This document shows positions 1 through 12,027 of a DNA stretch of 64,000 nucleotides, in pieces. The position numbers and the translations under genes are program-made. The stretch's first letter is position 1; each line of letters opens with the position of its first letter. The notes below the pieces were generated by a model. The model did not search any database and had not been told where the DNA came from. It saw nothing but the letters and a program-made list of their open reading frames with translations. The stretch comes from Spongospora subterranea f. sp. subterranea (lineage: Eukaryota), in contig JAUGWO010000045.1 of assembly GCA_049724395.1 (NCBI GenBank), forward strand, positions 1-64,000, read 5' to 3'.

Positions 1-3000
1 CGTAATCACCATCAAAGAGAGGCAGTCCTGATGTAGAGGTCCTACCGTGGCGCCAACGTAGATTCCAGAAGCTGCAGTGGCGTTCAAACTGTAGAACGAG
101 GAGGATCCAGTGAAAGAAATTTGCCCCCCGGAAGCCCTTGCATTCAATTCAACAGGAACGATGGTATCAGCCAGGGCGAGCCCACGAATTTTGATCAAGG
201 AACTCTGCAGTGTCCAGGAGCCAGTTGTTGACACTCTCTGCGCTTCAACAGACGTTAGGTCAAAGTGATTGGTTCCGCTGGACGTGGACCCAGCATGCAG
301 TTCCAATGTCCCTGACGAAGCCAACACGACCTTGGAGCTGCCAAGTTGCAGAACACAAGTAGGATCCAGAACAATATCAGCAGCCGAAATTTGAACTGAA
401 GCGCCAGACAATGAAACCGTCAAGGTCTTGGAGGGTGCCACCACGAAACTACCGGTCCCATTGGCATCGGAATCAGCGGCCAACAAAACGTCGCCCGAGT
501 TGATTGTGAGACTTTCGGATAACGAAATAGATCCGGGAGTTTGAACAATGAGGTCTTTATGGATCGTGGTCGGGCCAGTGGTGAAGGAAACAGAATTGGA
601 CCCCACTATTCGCACAAGCTGCTCAGATTTGGATGATCGATCCATACCTAGAACAACAATGTTGCTCGAAAGAGATCCTCCAAGTTGAAGAGTGCCAGTT
701 GTAGTGACCATGAGAAGCTCCGAATCGCTAACGACACCTGACCCGCCGAACGTGGTTGGGCTTGATCGACTCATATCAAAAACGACGTTCGCAGTAGATG
801 CAGAAAGTTTGAATCCGCCTGCCCATTGAAGATCATAATAAACCAAATTGACACTGGCCAATGCAGGCGATTCAACTGTAATATTGGCGATGGAAGAGCA
901 AACAATGATTCCAGAACCATTCGCGTCACTGTCGGCCACAATGGAGAAAACACCACTTGTTCCAACGGAGCGAACTCCGGTATAAAGTTCCACGTTTTGC
1001 TTAGCAGACCATGTCTGCGTTCCCGATGTAACAATGTGGCCGCTGGACCTTGAATGCATTATCAAATTTGTAGCCGCGGTCAGCGTGGCACCTGACATGA
1101 TGCTCGTTTGCCCTCCTCCAACTGTATCGTAATCACCATCAAAGAGAAGCAGTCCTGATGTAGAGGTCACTGTGGCGCCAATGTAGATTCCAGAAGCTGC
1201 AGTGGCGTTCAAACTGTAGAACGAGGAGGATCCAGTGAAAGAAATTTGCCCCCCGGAAGCCCTTGCATTCAATTCAACAGGAACGATGGTATCAGCCAGG
1301 GCGAGCCCACGAATTTTGATCAAGGAACTCTGCAGTGTCCAGGAGCCAGTTGTTGACACTCTCTGCGCTTCAACAGACGTTAGGTCAAAGTGATTGGTTC
1401 CGCTGGACGTGGACCCAGCATGCAGTTCCAATGTCCCTGACGAAGCCAACACGACCTTGGAGCTGCCAAGTTGCAGAACACAAGTAGGATCCAGAACAAT
1501 ATCAGCAGCCGAAATTTGAACTGAAGCGCCAGACAATGAAACCGTCAAGGTCTTGGAGGGTGCCACCACGAAACTACCGGTCCCATTGGCATCGGAATCA
1601 GCGGCCAACAAAACGTCGCCCGAGTTGATTGTGAGACTTTCGGATAACGAAATAGATCCAGGAGTTTGAACAATGAGGTCTTTATGGATCGTGGTCGGGC
1701 CAGTGGTGAAGGAAACAGAATTGGACCCCACTATTCGCACAAGCTGCTCAGATTTGGATGATCGATCCATACCTAGAACAACAATGTTGCTCGAAAGAGA
1801 TCCTCCAAGTTGAAGAGTGCCAGTTGTAGTGACCATGAGAAGCTCCGAATCGCTAACGACACCTGACCCGCCGAACGTGGTTGGGCTTGATCGACTCATA
1901 TCAAAAACGACGTTCGCAGTAGATGCAGAAAGTTTGAATCCGCCTGCCCATTGAAGATCATAATAAACCAAATTGACACTGGCCAATGCAGGCGATTCAA
2001 CTGTAATATTGGCGATGGAAGAGCAAACAATGATTCCAGAACCATTCGCGTCACTGTCGGCCACAATGGAGAAAACACCACTTGTTCCAACGGAGCGAAC
2101 TCCGGTATAAAGTTCCACGTTTTGCTTAGCAGACCATGTCTGGGTTCCCGATGTAACAATGTGGCCGCTGGACCTTGAATGCATTATCAAATTTGTCGCC
2201 GCGGTCAGCGTGGCACCTGACATGATGCTCGTTTGCCCTCCTCCAACAGTATCGTAATCACCATCAAAGAGAAGCAGTCCTGATGTAGAGGTCACTGTGG
2301 CGCCAATGTAGATTCCAGAAGCTGCAGTGGCGTTCAAACTGTAGAACGAGGAGGATCCAGTGAAAGAAATTTGCCCCCCAGAAGCCCTGGCATTCAATTC
2401 AACAGGAACGATGGTATCAGCCAGGGCGAGCCCACGAATTTTGATCAAGGAACTCTGCAGTGTCCAGGAGCCAGTTGTTGACACTCTCTGCGCTTCAACA
2501 GACGTTAGGTCAAAGTGATTGGTTCCGCTGGACGTGGACCCAGCATGCAGTTCCAATGTCCCTGACGAAGCCAACACGACCTTGGAGCTGCCAAGCTGCA
2601 GAACACAAGTAGGATCCAGAACAATATCAGCAGCCGAAATTTGAACTGAAGCGCCAGACAATGAAACCGTCAAGGTCTTGGAGGGTGCCACCACGAAACT
2701 ACCGGTCCCATTGGCATCGGAATCAGCGGCCAACAAAACGTCGCCCGAGTTGATTGTGAGACTTTCGGATAACGAAATAGATCCAGGAGTTTGAACAATG
2801 AGGTCTTTATGGATCGTGGTCGGGCCAGTGGTGAAGGAAACAGAATTGGACCCCACTATTCGCACAAGCTGCTCAGATTTGGATGATCGATCCATACCTA
2901 GAACAACAATGTTGCTCGAAAGAGATCCTCCAAGTTGAAGAGTGCCAGTTGTAGTGACCATGAGAAGCTCCGAATCGCTAACGACACCTGACCCGCCGAA

Positions 3001-5790
3001 CGTGGTTGGGCTTGATCGACTCATATCAAAAACGACGTTCGCAGTAGATGCAGAAAGTTGGAATCCGCCTGCCCATTGAAGATCATAATAAACCAAATTG
3101 ACACTGGCCAATGCAGGCGATTCAACTGTAATATTGGCAATGGAAGAGCAAACAATGATTCCAGAACCATTCGCGTCACTGTCGGCCACAATGGAGAAAA
3201 CACCACTTGTTCCAACGGAGCGAACTCCGGTATAAAGTTCCACGTTTTGCTTAGCAGACCATGTCTGCGTTCCCGATGTAACAATGTGGCCGCTGGACCT
3301 TGAATGCATTATCAAATTTGTAGCCGCGGTCAGCGTGGCACCTGACATGATGCTCGTTTGCCCTCCTCCAACTGTATCGTAATCACCATCAAAGAGAAGC
3401 AGTCCTGATGTAGAGGTCACTGTGGCGCCAATGTAGATTCCAGAAGCTGCAGTGGCGTTCAAACTGTAGAACGAGGAGGATCCAGTGAAAGAAATTTGCC
3501 CCCCGGAAGCCCTGGCATTCAATTCAACAGGAACGATGGTATCAACCAGGGCGAGCCCACGAATTTTGATCAAGGAACTCTGCAGTGTCCAGGAGCCAGT
3601 TGTTGACACTCTCTGCGCTTCAACAGACGTTAAGTCAAAGTGATTGGTTCCGCTGGACGTGGACCCAGCATGCAGTTCCAATGTCCCTGACGAAGCCAAC
3701 ACGACCTTGGAGCTGCCAAGTTGCAGAACACAAGTAGGATCCAGAACAATATCAGCAGCCGAAATTTGAACAGAAGCGCCAGACAATGAAACCGTCAAGG
3801 TCTTGGAGGGTGCCACCACGAAACTACCGGTCCCATTGGCATCGGAATCAGGCGGCCAACAAAACGTCGCCCGAGTTGATTGTGAGACTTTCGGATAACG
3901 AAATAGATCCAGGAGTTTGAACAATGAGGTCTTTATGGATCGTGGTCGGGCCAGTGGTGAAGGAAACAGAATTGGACCCCACTATTCGCACAAGCTGCTC
4001 AGATTTGGATGATCGATCCATACCTAGAACAACAATGTTGCTCGAAAGAGATCCTCCAAGTTGAAGAGTGCCAGTTGTAGTGACCATGAGAAGCTCCGAA
4101 TCGCTAACGACACCTGACCCGCCGAACGTGGTTGGGCTTGATCGACTCATATCAAAAACGACGTTCGCAGTAGATGCAGAAAGTTTGAATCCGCCTGCCC
4201 ATTGAAGATCATAATAAACCAAATTGACACTGGCCAATGCAGGCGATTCAACTGTAATATTGGCGATGGAAGAGCAAACAATGATTCCAGAACCATTCGC
4301 GTCACTGTCGGCCACAATGGAGAAAACACCAGTTGTTCCAACGGAGCGAACTCCGGTATAAAGTTCCACGTTTTGCTTAGCAGACCATGTCTGGGTTCCC
4401 GATGTAACAATGTGGCCGCTGGATCTTGAATGCATTATCAAATTTGTAGCCGCGGTCAGCGTGGCACCTGACATGATGCTCGTTTGCCCTCCTCCAACTG
4501 TATCGTAATCACCATCAAAGAGAAGCAGTCCTGATGTAGAGGTCACTGTGGCGCCAATGTAGATTCCAGAAGCTGCAGTGGCGTTCAAACTGTAGAACGA
4601 GGAGGATCCAGTGAAAGAAATTTGCCCCCCGGAAGCCCTGGCATTCAATTCAACAGGAACGATGGTATCAGCCAGGGCGAGCCCACGAATTTTGATCAAG
4701 GAACTCTGCAGTGTCCAGGAGCCAGTTGTTGACACTCTCTGCGCTTCAACAGACGTTAGGTCAAAGTAATTGGTTCCGCTGGACGTGGACCCAGCATGCA
4801 GTTCCAATGTCCCTGACGAAGCCAACACGACCTTGGAGCTGCCAAGCTGCAGAACACAAGTAGGATCCAGAACAATATCAGCAGCCGAAATTTGAACTGA
4901 AGCGCCAGACAATGAAACCGTCAAGGTCTTGGAGGGTGCCACCTCGAAACTACCGGTCCCATTGGCATCGGAATCAGCGGCCAACAAAACGTCGCCCGAG
5001 TTGATTGTGAGACTTTCGGATAACGAAATAGATCCAGGAGTTTGAACAATGAGGTCTTTATGGATCGTGGTCGGGCCAGTGGTGAAGGAAACAGAATTGG
5101 ACCCCACTATTCGCACAAGCTGCTCAGATTTGGATGATCGATCCATACCTAGAACAACAATGTTGCTCGAAAGAGATCCTCCAAGTTGAAGAGTGCCAGT
5201 CGTAGTGACCATTAGAAGCTCCGAATCGCTAACGACACCTGCCCCGCCGAACGTGGTTGGGCTAGATCGACTCATATCAAAAACGACGTTCGCAGTAGAT
5301 GCAGAGAGTTTGAATCCGGATGCCCATTGAAGATCATGATAAACCAAATTGATACTGGCCAACGAAGGCGATTCAACTGTGAAATTGGCGACGGAAGAGC
5401 AAACAATGATTCCAGAACCATTCGCGTCACTGTCGGCCACAATGGAGAAAACACCACCTGACCCAACAGAGCGAACTCCTGAATACAGTTCCACGTTTTG
5501 CTTGGCAGACCATGTCTGAGTTCCCGATGTAACAATGTGGCCGCTTGACCTGGAATGGAGAAGCAGGTTTGTAGCTGCCATAAGAGTGGCACCGGGCATG
5601 ATTGCAGTCTGGCCTCCTCCAATTGTGTCGTAATCACTGTCAAATGAAAGCAAACCAACAGTGGTTGTAACAGGTGCATTAATTGTGATGCCAGAACATG
5701 ATGTAGCATTTAGGCTACTAAATGAAGATGTCGCAAGGAAGGAAATGGTCCCTGAACTAATTCTTGCGTTGAGCTCGACAGCTTGGTCGG
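1..5790. repeat. Tandem array of ~1125-bp (375-codon) units, about 5 copies in the window
   Basis: Near-identical shadow ORFs recur at 771, 1896, 3021, 4147 and 5272 (spacing 1125/1125/1126/1125). The copy at ~5200-5790 is the most diverged. Confidence 0.97.
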
Positions 5791-8108
5791 AATTCGTTGA
5801 TTCGATCAAAATCTGACTACCTTCCACAATCAATAACTGGCATACCAGTGAGTTCGAAAGAATCGCGTTCACGATCTCCAATGTTGATTGCGTTCCGCTG
5901 ATGCCTCCTAGTGTAATGGCAACAGCAGAACATGTAGAGAATGTCACAGACCCAGTTGGCGCGTTAATTGTTCCCTGAATCTCTAGCTGTCTGGCCGTGA
6001 TTGCAATGTTGCCGGCTGACGTTGAAATAATACTATATGCGCCAGTGACTAGAGAGACCCAGTCCCACTGCAATCGCTATCAGCTACTAACGAAAGTAAA
6101 CCAGAGGAGGAAACCGTTGAAGATGTGTTGATGTGGGCAGATGAGCTAAATGATATGGTTCCTAGGGACATAACACTTCCGATTGCCGAAATAGACCCAC
6201 CAAATGTGGTTACAGTGAGCGATGCAGCATTGATTGGTGCAAACCATGTCACATTCGTACCCCCAAGCGTAATTGCTGACCCAGACGTGACGGCTCCAGC
6301 TATCGTAACTTGGCCACTGGATGAGGTTAATACTAAGGACCCACCACCTGAGATTGAGCTTGTGATGTCAACCCCAGAGTCTCCTTGTAGATCGATATTG
6401 CCGTTGGTTGTTATTATGCCATTAACCGTTAGAACACCCCCAGCATGAATGGTTAAGTCGTATATCTCAGATCCTGTACCAATTCCGCTATCGACTGTAA
6501 TCGACCCAGTTGCAGCAATTACAACATCGCTCGTCAGCAACGACGTGGACACAGCGGAGGCGCTGATGGTCTGTGAAGAAGGAGGCGATGCAGCGTTGAT
6601 ACTCGGCAAACCAGCATCATCATTGCCAGTAACCCCAATTATTACTGAAACCGGATCGAGAAACAAGCAGCCAGCACGACCTGTGGCAGCAGAGAGATTT
6701 GTATGACCATCAAAATGAAGTGACCCGACGGAGGAGATTTCTACAAAGCCCCCGTTTCCAGAAAAGTATCCACCACGAGAAGTAACGCCGCCGAAAAATA
6801 CAGTTTGATGCTGAGATATCAAGGATATTACACCACCATTGCCAAAAGATGGCGAATCACAAGAAATAATGGCTTTCGAAAATACTGTTAACGACTGAGG
6901 AATCACATTGTTGTCGAAGCTACCAATGCTAATGTTACCCCCGTGGAGAATGCCGTCAATTTGTCGCGCTGCGCTAATATATGCGCCATCAAAAATCGTA
7001 ATCGCAGTTTTTGCGACAACGCTTATTAGGCCGTCATGAGAATGTTTTATCCCGTTGCGCCTGGAGTTTTGCTCTCCCATACAAACTACATCTCCGGATA
7101 TGTGGACCGCCGATGTGAGCGAAGTTCCTAGCATAATGGATTGTGTTGTAGTTAGATGCTGCCTGCAGCTCGAATAAAACTACCGTTAATCACCAGTGTT
7201 TCGCAGGAAATGTAAGAACTTTTTGCCATAATGACATCGGAATGTCCGAATTGAATTGACGAATCAGCAAATAAACTTGACGACGATTCTACGTCAATCA
7301 ATGAGGCGTGGACGTCCAATTTCTTGACGACAACGTTGTCTTGAAAAACGGCGTGGGAGCAATTGAGTGATAATGCTGAACGCCCTTGAAAGTCTTGCAC
7401 AGTTACATAACTATTAGGCAAAACAACGGCGAAACTTGATAGTGCTGCACCATCAATCAAAACCTTGAAACTACCTAAGCCAATCCTGTCATTAGCTATT
7501 ACAGCGCGACCTCCACTCAGCGAATATAGAACGATTTTTTCGAAATGTGCTATGCCTATTGTGACAGCATCGTCATACTTGCCTTGTAGAAACAACGAAT
7601 TGATGCCAGTTCCACCGATCAAAGAAACAGTTGATGAACGTTGCCCATGGAGAATTTTGATAGAAAATTCATTATCGAAATTTGAACCAACAACGGTCAC
7701 CGAAAACGAATTATCAAGTTGCAAGTTTATGCCAGCCATTCCTCGAAAGGTGATATTAGAACAGCGGGTCAGAACGAAAAGATTTTTGGACGAGAATGGG
7801 ATAGTGCTGCAACTTGACGGTCTAAATTCGACGTTTTGCAAATTTCTAAAATTAACATCTTCCATGAGGGTATTCACATTCAGAAAAATTACTTGTTTGG
7901 GAAAATGACTTGACTTGTTCTCAAACTCAAATGCAGAGAGCATGGACACAGGCCTTCTCAATACAAACGCATCCCAAGAAAGAAGATTAGGATTCTTAAC
8001 TGCAATAATGCCTGCCCGGGTAATTATTAGGTCTCTCTCGTTAATGAACGTCTGTGAATACTTACTTGAGTACGTAATTGAAACCAAACACAACAACGGC
8101 CAGAGCAT
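1..8108 (-). CDS. Giant repetitive secreted protein, filamentous haemagglutinin/TpsA-like beta-helical adhesin (3' end lies beyond the window start)
   Basis: ORFs 7152-8108, 6049-7134, 3848-6073 and the repeat frame below 3850 join through single-base indels at ~7153, ~6052 and ~3851. Hydrophobic N-terminus MLWPLLCLVSITYS. TpsA-like motifs GNGGVISLIS...TVFFGGVTSRGG...GNGGFVEISS...GCLFLDP. Ser/Thr/Gly-rich. No introns seen. Confidence 0.75.
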
Positions 8109-9485
8109 TATGCGAACCGTATCCGAGAAACCTTAATGATAGGGTTCTTGGGACCAAGCCCCACAATGGGAAAGGTTCTGGATGACCAGCTCCGACGGTC
8201 GAAATGGAACTTCACAACCTTTGATTTGAACGATACTCCTACAACCTAGCATGTAGATTTGATAGTCCGAACTACTTATGTGAGAGGGTCAGGGTAATGT
8301 TATTAATAAGCTATCCACTGCTATACCACCACCTGTTCGTTTTGTCCGTGACTTTGGCATTGATTGCACATCGCCGCAATGGATCTGCATCGAAGTACAT
8401 CGTACAGTGTAGACCATTTTCGAAATCAGGCATAATGACACCTTCGTTTATTGTCAACGCACTCCAAGCAAGCCCGTTTCCAGGTCCATATATTTATGTG
8501 CAATCGTATCCAAACAGTGAAAAAGCAATACTGTCGCTGTGTGAATTAGCCTCCACACTGTAGGTAGATTTTCTGAATCCTTAAGTCGTCGCCTCTTGTA
8601 AATATTGCTATAACTGATATCAGAGTCGACTTGAATTGCCATTCTAGTTTCTTCTCGCAGATCAGCATTTTAAAAATTCGTTGTCAAGCTTTCTCGAAAA
8701 GCAGCATGTATTTACTAACGGCGTCCGTGGTCCGGAGTGCCTATTGTTCTGAGAATTGAGTGTTGAATGTCGACAGCCGAATCATCATCTGACAATGAAA
8801 TATCTCCAGATGACGTGCGCCTTGATCTGGAAAATATACACTGTGCAAACGGCGCTGCCATTGCCGCAGCAATAGCTCGTATGACATGAACCTTCAACCG
8901 GTCAGTAGATTCACTGAACAGTTTTGTGCCTGCATGAAGGTCACGATCCCGGTCCTGATTCTATTCGCGCTCGTCAGTTTATCGAGTTAAGTGGTTTTTT
9001 ATGCGAAACCGCTTTGCCGAGAATCAAGAACACGGTGGAGTCGATTGATAAATTGGCTTCGCGAGTACCTTCCACTCCCATTCTCTCATATGATTCACCA
9101 TTACCTATGATATTCACACAATCTGCCGATAGCCCACCTTTTCAAAATCCAAAAGAAGGTAGTACTTCTTTCAGTTCCTCATTGTCAGAATCTTGATCGA
9201 AATACCTATAGGTTAACTGATATACCGAAATGTGACTAATTTATTGACCAATGGATTATAAACAATGTGCTGAACACAGTTAATAACACCCATTTTGCGC
9301 GTCCGTAACCGTTTCACTGTTCCACGTTCCCGTATACTTTTGTACACAGCCGATCACAGTCACCAATCGATGGAATCTTCACATTCTTCTGGTTTTACTG
9401 CGGTTTTGCTTACCGGACTGTGCTGCGCACCTCATGGTTAGAAGTAAAGCGGCCAAACCTCACTGCATCACTGGCAATCAAAATC

Positions 9486-11915
9486 ATGGTCCGCGACTAT
9501 TCCAGGATCAAGTTGCTGATTTCGGCCGTGAAGCGACCCGACGCCGACCATGAGAGTATTCTATCATCGATGAAGGAAATCGTCGACGCCGGGCCCGATG
9601 CGTCCATGTTTAGTTCAGCGGTGTTCCCCGGCTTGATCACTGAATTGGTCACCGCCGCCACGACTGTGTTCACCGATCCTGAACTGCATCGCGTTTATTC
9701 GGAGGTGCTTCATCTTATACCGCCAAATGTACTGGCGTTAGCTCTGGCTTCCATTATTCAGAATTCTCACAACAAGATTGCTCTTAGAGAATCTGCCAGA
9801 GTTTTCAACGTGATACTATTTGATCACAGTCGTTTTGCAGACCTTCTAATGGTTTATTTCGAAGGAAATCGTGGAAGATCCGCGGTCGAAGTTCTTGTCA
9901 CTGTTCTTACATCAATTCCAGATAAGATGGCAAATGTTTTGGAAGGAGACGTGCCGCCTGAATTTGCAGCTGATAATTTCTTTCATCGTATCACAAAGTT
10001 TATCGCTCAGCATTTATCTGCTCGCCTCTCGGTCGACGGAACTTGCGTTCTACCGTTAATGGCGAAAATGATCCGAATTAACCAAAGCAATTTTATTGTA
10101 GAACAGATTACTTCGAAAAGAATCGTCTCTCACGAATTTTACAGACTTTTGCCCGTTTCGGAATATAACACATTACTTGAGCGCGTCGTTGTACGTTTCT
10201 TAGGTACTTGTACCGATGGCGATCGAGTTTTTCGGGACATGTTGCCTTGTGATATTTCCACAGCGGATTCGTCTACTCGTTATACATTGGAGCATGTTCT
10301 GCTGCTTAATAAGGTTTTACGTAAATCTTCGCTTTTCATCATTGTCAACTATCTACATTCGCAGTCTAACTCGGAAATTTTCCGGTCTGCGTTTCTTAAA
10401 TGCATCTCTGCTTGGGCGGCTCCGTCGTTCATAGCGAACATGTCTTCGTCCCAGCAGATGACGCTTACACAGGCAATTGTGTTTTTTTTACAGTTATCGT
10501 CTGTCAAAGAGATAAGTGATGACGGTAAGATCATGAATGAGATCATGAAAGGGGTCCAAGAGCGTTTGCGTAGCCCTACTCGTGAAGTCCGATGGATGGG
10601 AATGCACATCGCCGCCCGTGTATCGCGTCTTATCTCTCCAGAAACTTCAATGGAATACGAGGAAATAATGAATTTTGAAAGTGGGTCTAACGAGATTTTA
10701 CCAGTGCCGCAAAACGACGATTTGGGTTTGGACCTGTTACCGTTTGTCCCTGAAGAACTCCCGGATTGTTTACCGAACAATTTCTCGTCGGACAAGTGGC
10801 AGGAGCTTTCGCAAGGCGATCGTGATATCATGTCTGATTCTATGAAAACCGAAGCGGGAGGACAGTGGGCTAAACAAGACCGATTACCAGATGATAGCGA
10901 ATTCCAATCAGTTAACTGTCCAGATCCGGTCGCTTCTGAGGATGATGACTGCAGTACTCGTACCACTCCTAAAATTCGCCAGCCATGTTTTCTAAAAGAG
11001 TGCCTGGATTATCTAGGTTCCAAGAAAAATGATGATGCGCGTTATTATCTAGAGGCCGGTTTAGATGCAGTTGAGTCAGTAATTCGTCGTAAACCTCATG
11101 ATTTACGAAATATAGCTATAGCGCTCGGTTTGCGTTTGCTTCACCTACAAGACCAATACTCGACACCCGATTTCGAACTTAAACGGGTCGACGCACTCTC
11201 GTCAATAGTTGCTGCAGCCCCAGATCTCCTCGTACCAGTTCTAATTGAGGCGTTTTTTGCCCGCGATTACACCATATGTTGTCGCCTTCTAATTCTGGAC
11301 GTGCTCGCCAAAGCAGCTCAAGATTTGGCCGGGACCAGGGAAAAGACAGACTTGTTGCCGATGCCGAAGCATCGGCCAGTGTTGCTTCCTATTGAACCTG
11401 TCCATCATACCCCCAAAATCGTTCAGGCTCGCATTGAAAGCAGTACACGCCGATGGGGCAGTATTGTTCGTCCAACTGAGTCTCTGACGGTAAATGGCTT
11501 TTCTCCTTATGCCCGATCTTTTTTATTGCCGCTTCTAAAACGCGTTGACGACGCCGGATTGAACTTTCATCTGTTTTCTGAAGACTCGATCATATTGGTC
11601 CGATTGTTGCAGGTTGGCGGTGTCATCATTGAGTGTGCAATGAACATTCCAGATTCCCACGAAATGTCATTCGCACTTCTGGATTTTATCTGGTACGTTA
11701 GAGACCATAGCAAAGCTGCTGTCCGCAAAGCTGCATTGTTTGCCCTCTCGCGTATTCTGCTGGCCCATCCGTCCTACGTATTAAATAGGCATAACACCAT
11801 CACCATGTCTGATGTCAGAAGTTGGCTTTACACAACACAATTCTCGGATCCGGTTTCAGAAGTTCGCGATTTTTCCCGGATATGTATGAATGCCATTCCA
11901 AATGGAGGACTTTGA
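9486..11915 (+). CDS. TEL2: Telomere length regulation protein TEL2 (TTT complex PIKK co-chaperone), intronless
   Basis: First ATG at 9486. Helical repeats, an acidic linker, then a Tel2-type C-domain PCFLKECLDYL...LIEAFFARDYTICCRLLILDVLAKAAQDL...STRRWG. Confidence 0.88.
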   Translation: MVRDYSRIKLLISAVKRPDADHESILSSMKEIVDAGPDASMFSSAVFPGLITELVTAATTVFTDPELHRVYSEVLHLIPPNVLALALASIIQNSHNKIALRESARVFNVILFDHSRFADLLMVYFEGNRGRSAVEVLVTVLTSIPDKMANVLEGDVPPEFAADNFFHRITKFIAQHLSARLSVDGTCVLPLMAKMIRINQSNFIVEQITSKRIVSHEFYRLLPVSEYNTLLERVVVRFLGTCTDGDRVFRDMLPCDISTADSSTRYTLEHVLLLNKVLRKSSLFIIVNYLHSQSNSEIFRSAFLKCISAWAAPSFIANMSSSQQMTLTQAIVFFLQLSSVKEISDDGKIMNEIMKGVQERLRSPTREVRWMGMHIAARVSRLISPETSMEYEEIMNFESGSNEILPVPQNDDLGLDLLPFVPEELPDCLPNNFSSDKWQELSQGDRDIMSDSMKTEAGGQWAKQDRLPDDSEFQSVNCPDPVASEDDDCSTRTTPKIRQPCFLKECLDYLGSKKNDDARYYLEAGLDAVESVIRRKPHDLRNIAIALGLRLLHLQDQYSTPDFELKRVDALSSIVAAAPDLLVPVLIEAFFARDYTICCRLLILDVLAKAAQDLAGTREKTDLLPMPKHRPVLLPIEPVHHTPKIVQARIESSTRRWGSIVRPTESLTVNGFSPYARSFLLPLLKRVDDAGLNFHLFSEDSIILVRLLQVGGVIIECAMNIPDSHEMSFALLDFIWYVRDHSKAAVRKAALFALSRILLAHPSYVLNRHNTITMSDVRSWLYTTQFSDPVSEVRDFSRICMNAIPNGGL

Positions 11916-12027
11916 TGAATGCTGCTTTTCTGTAATCGGAGTTTCCATTGTTGTAAATCAATAACTTATTAGGAGTATTTGTTTCATAATGCGCGCATTT
12001 CGTGGCATATGTTTTTTGTTGTCATTC

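Noticed and set aside
771..5709. Recurrent 75-145 aa ORFs on both strands within the 1125-bp array
   Set aside because: Shadow frames of the giant repeat protein; they recur only because the DNA repeats.
1..5790. CRISPR-like array or satellite interpretation of the repeats
   Set aside because: Units are 1125 bp, contiguous, a multiple of three and coding, with no unique spacers.
8200..9400. Short ORFs between the adhesin and TEL2
   Set aside because: A spliced gene may exist but no consistent model or family motif could be built.
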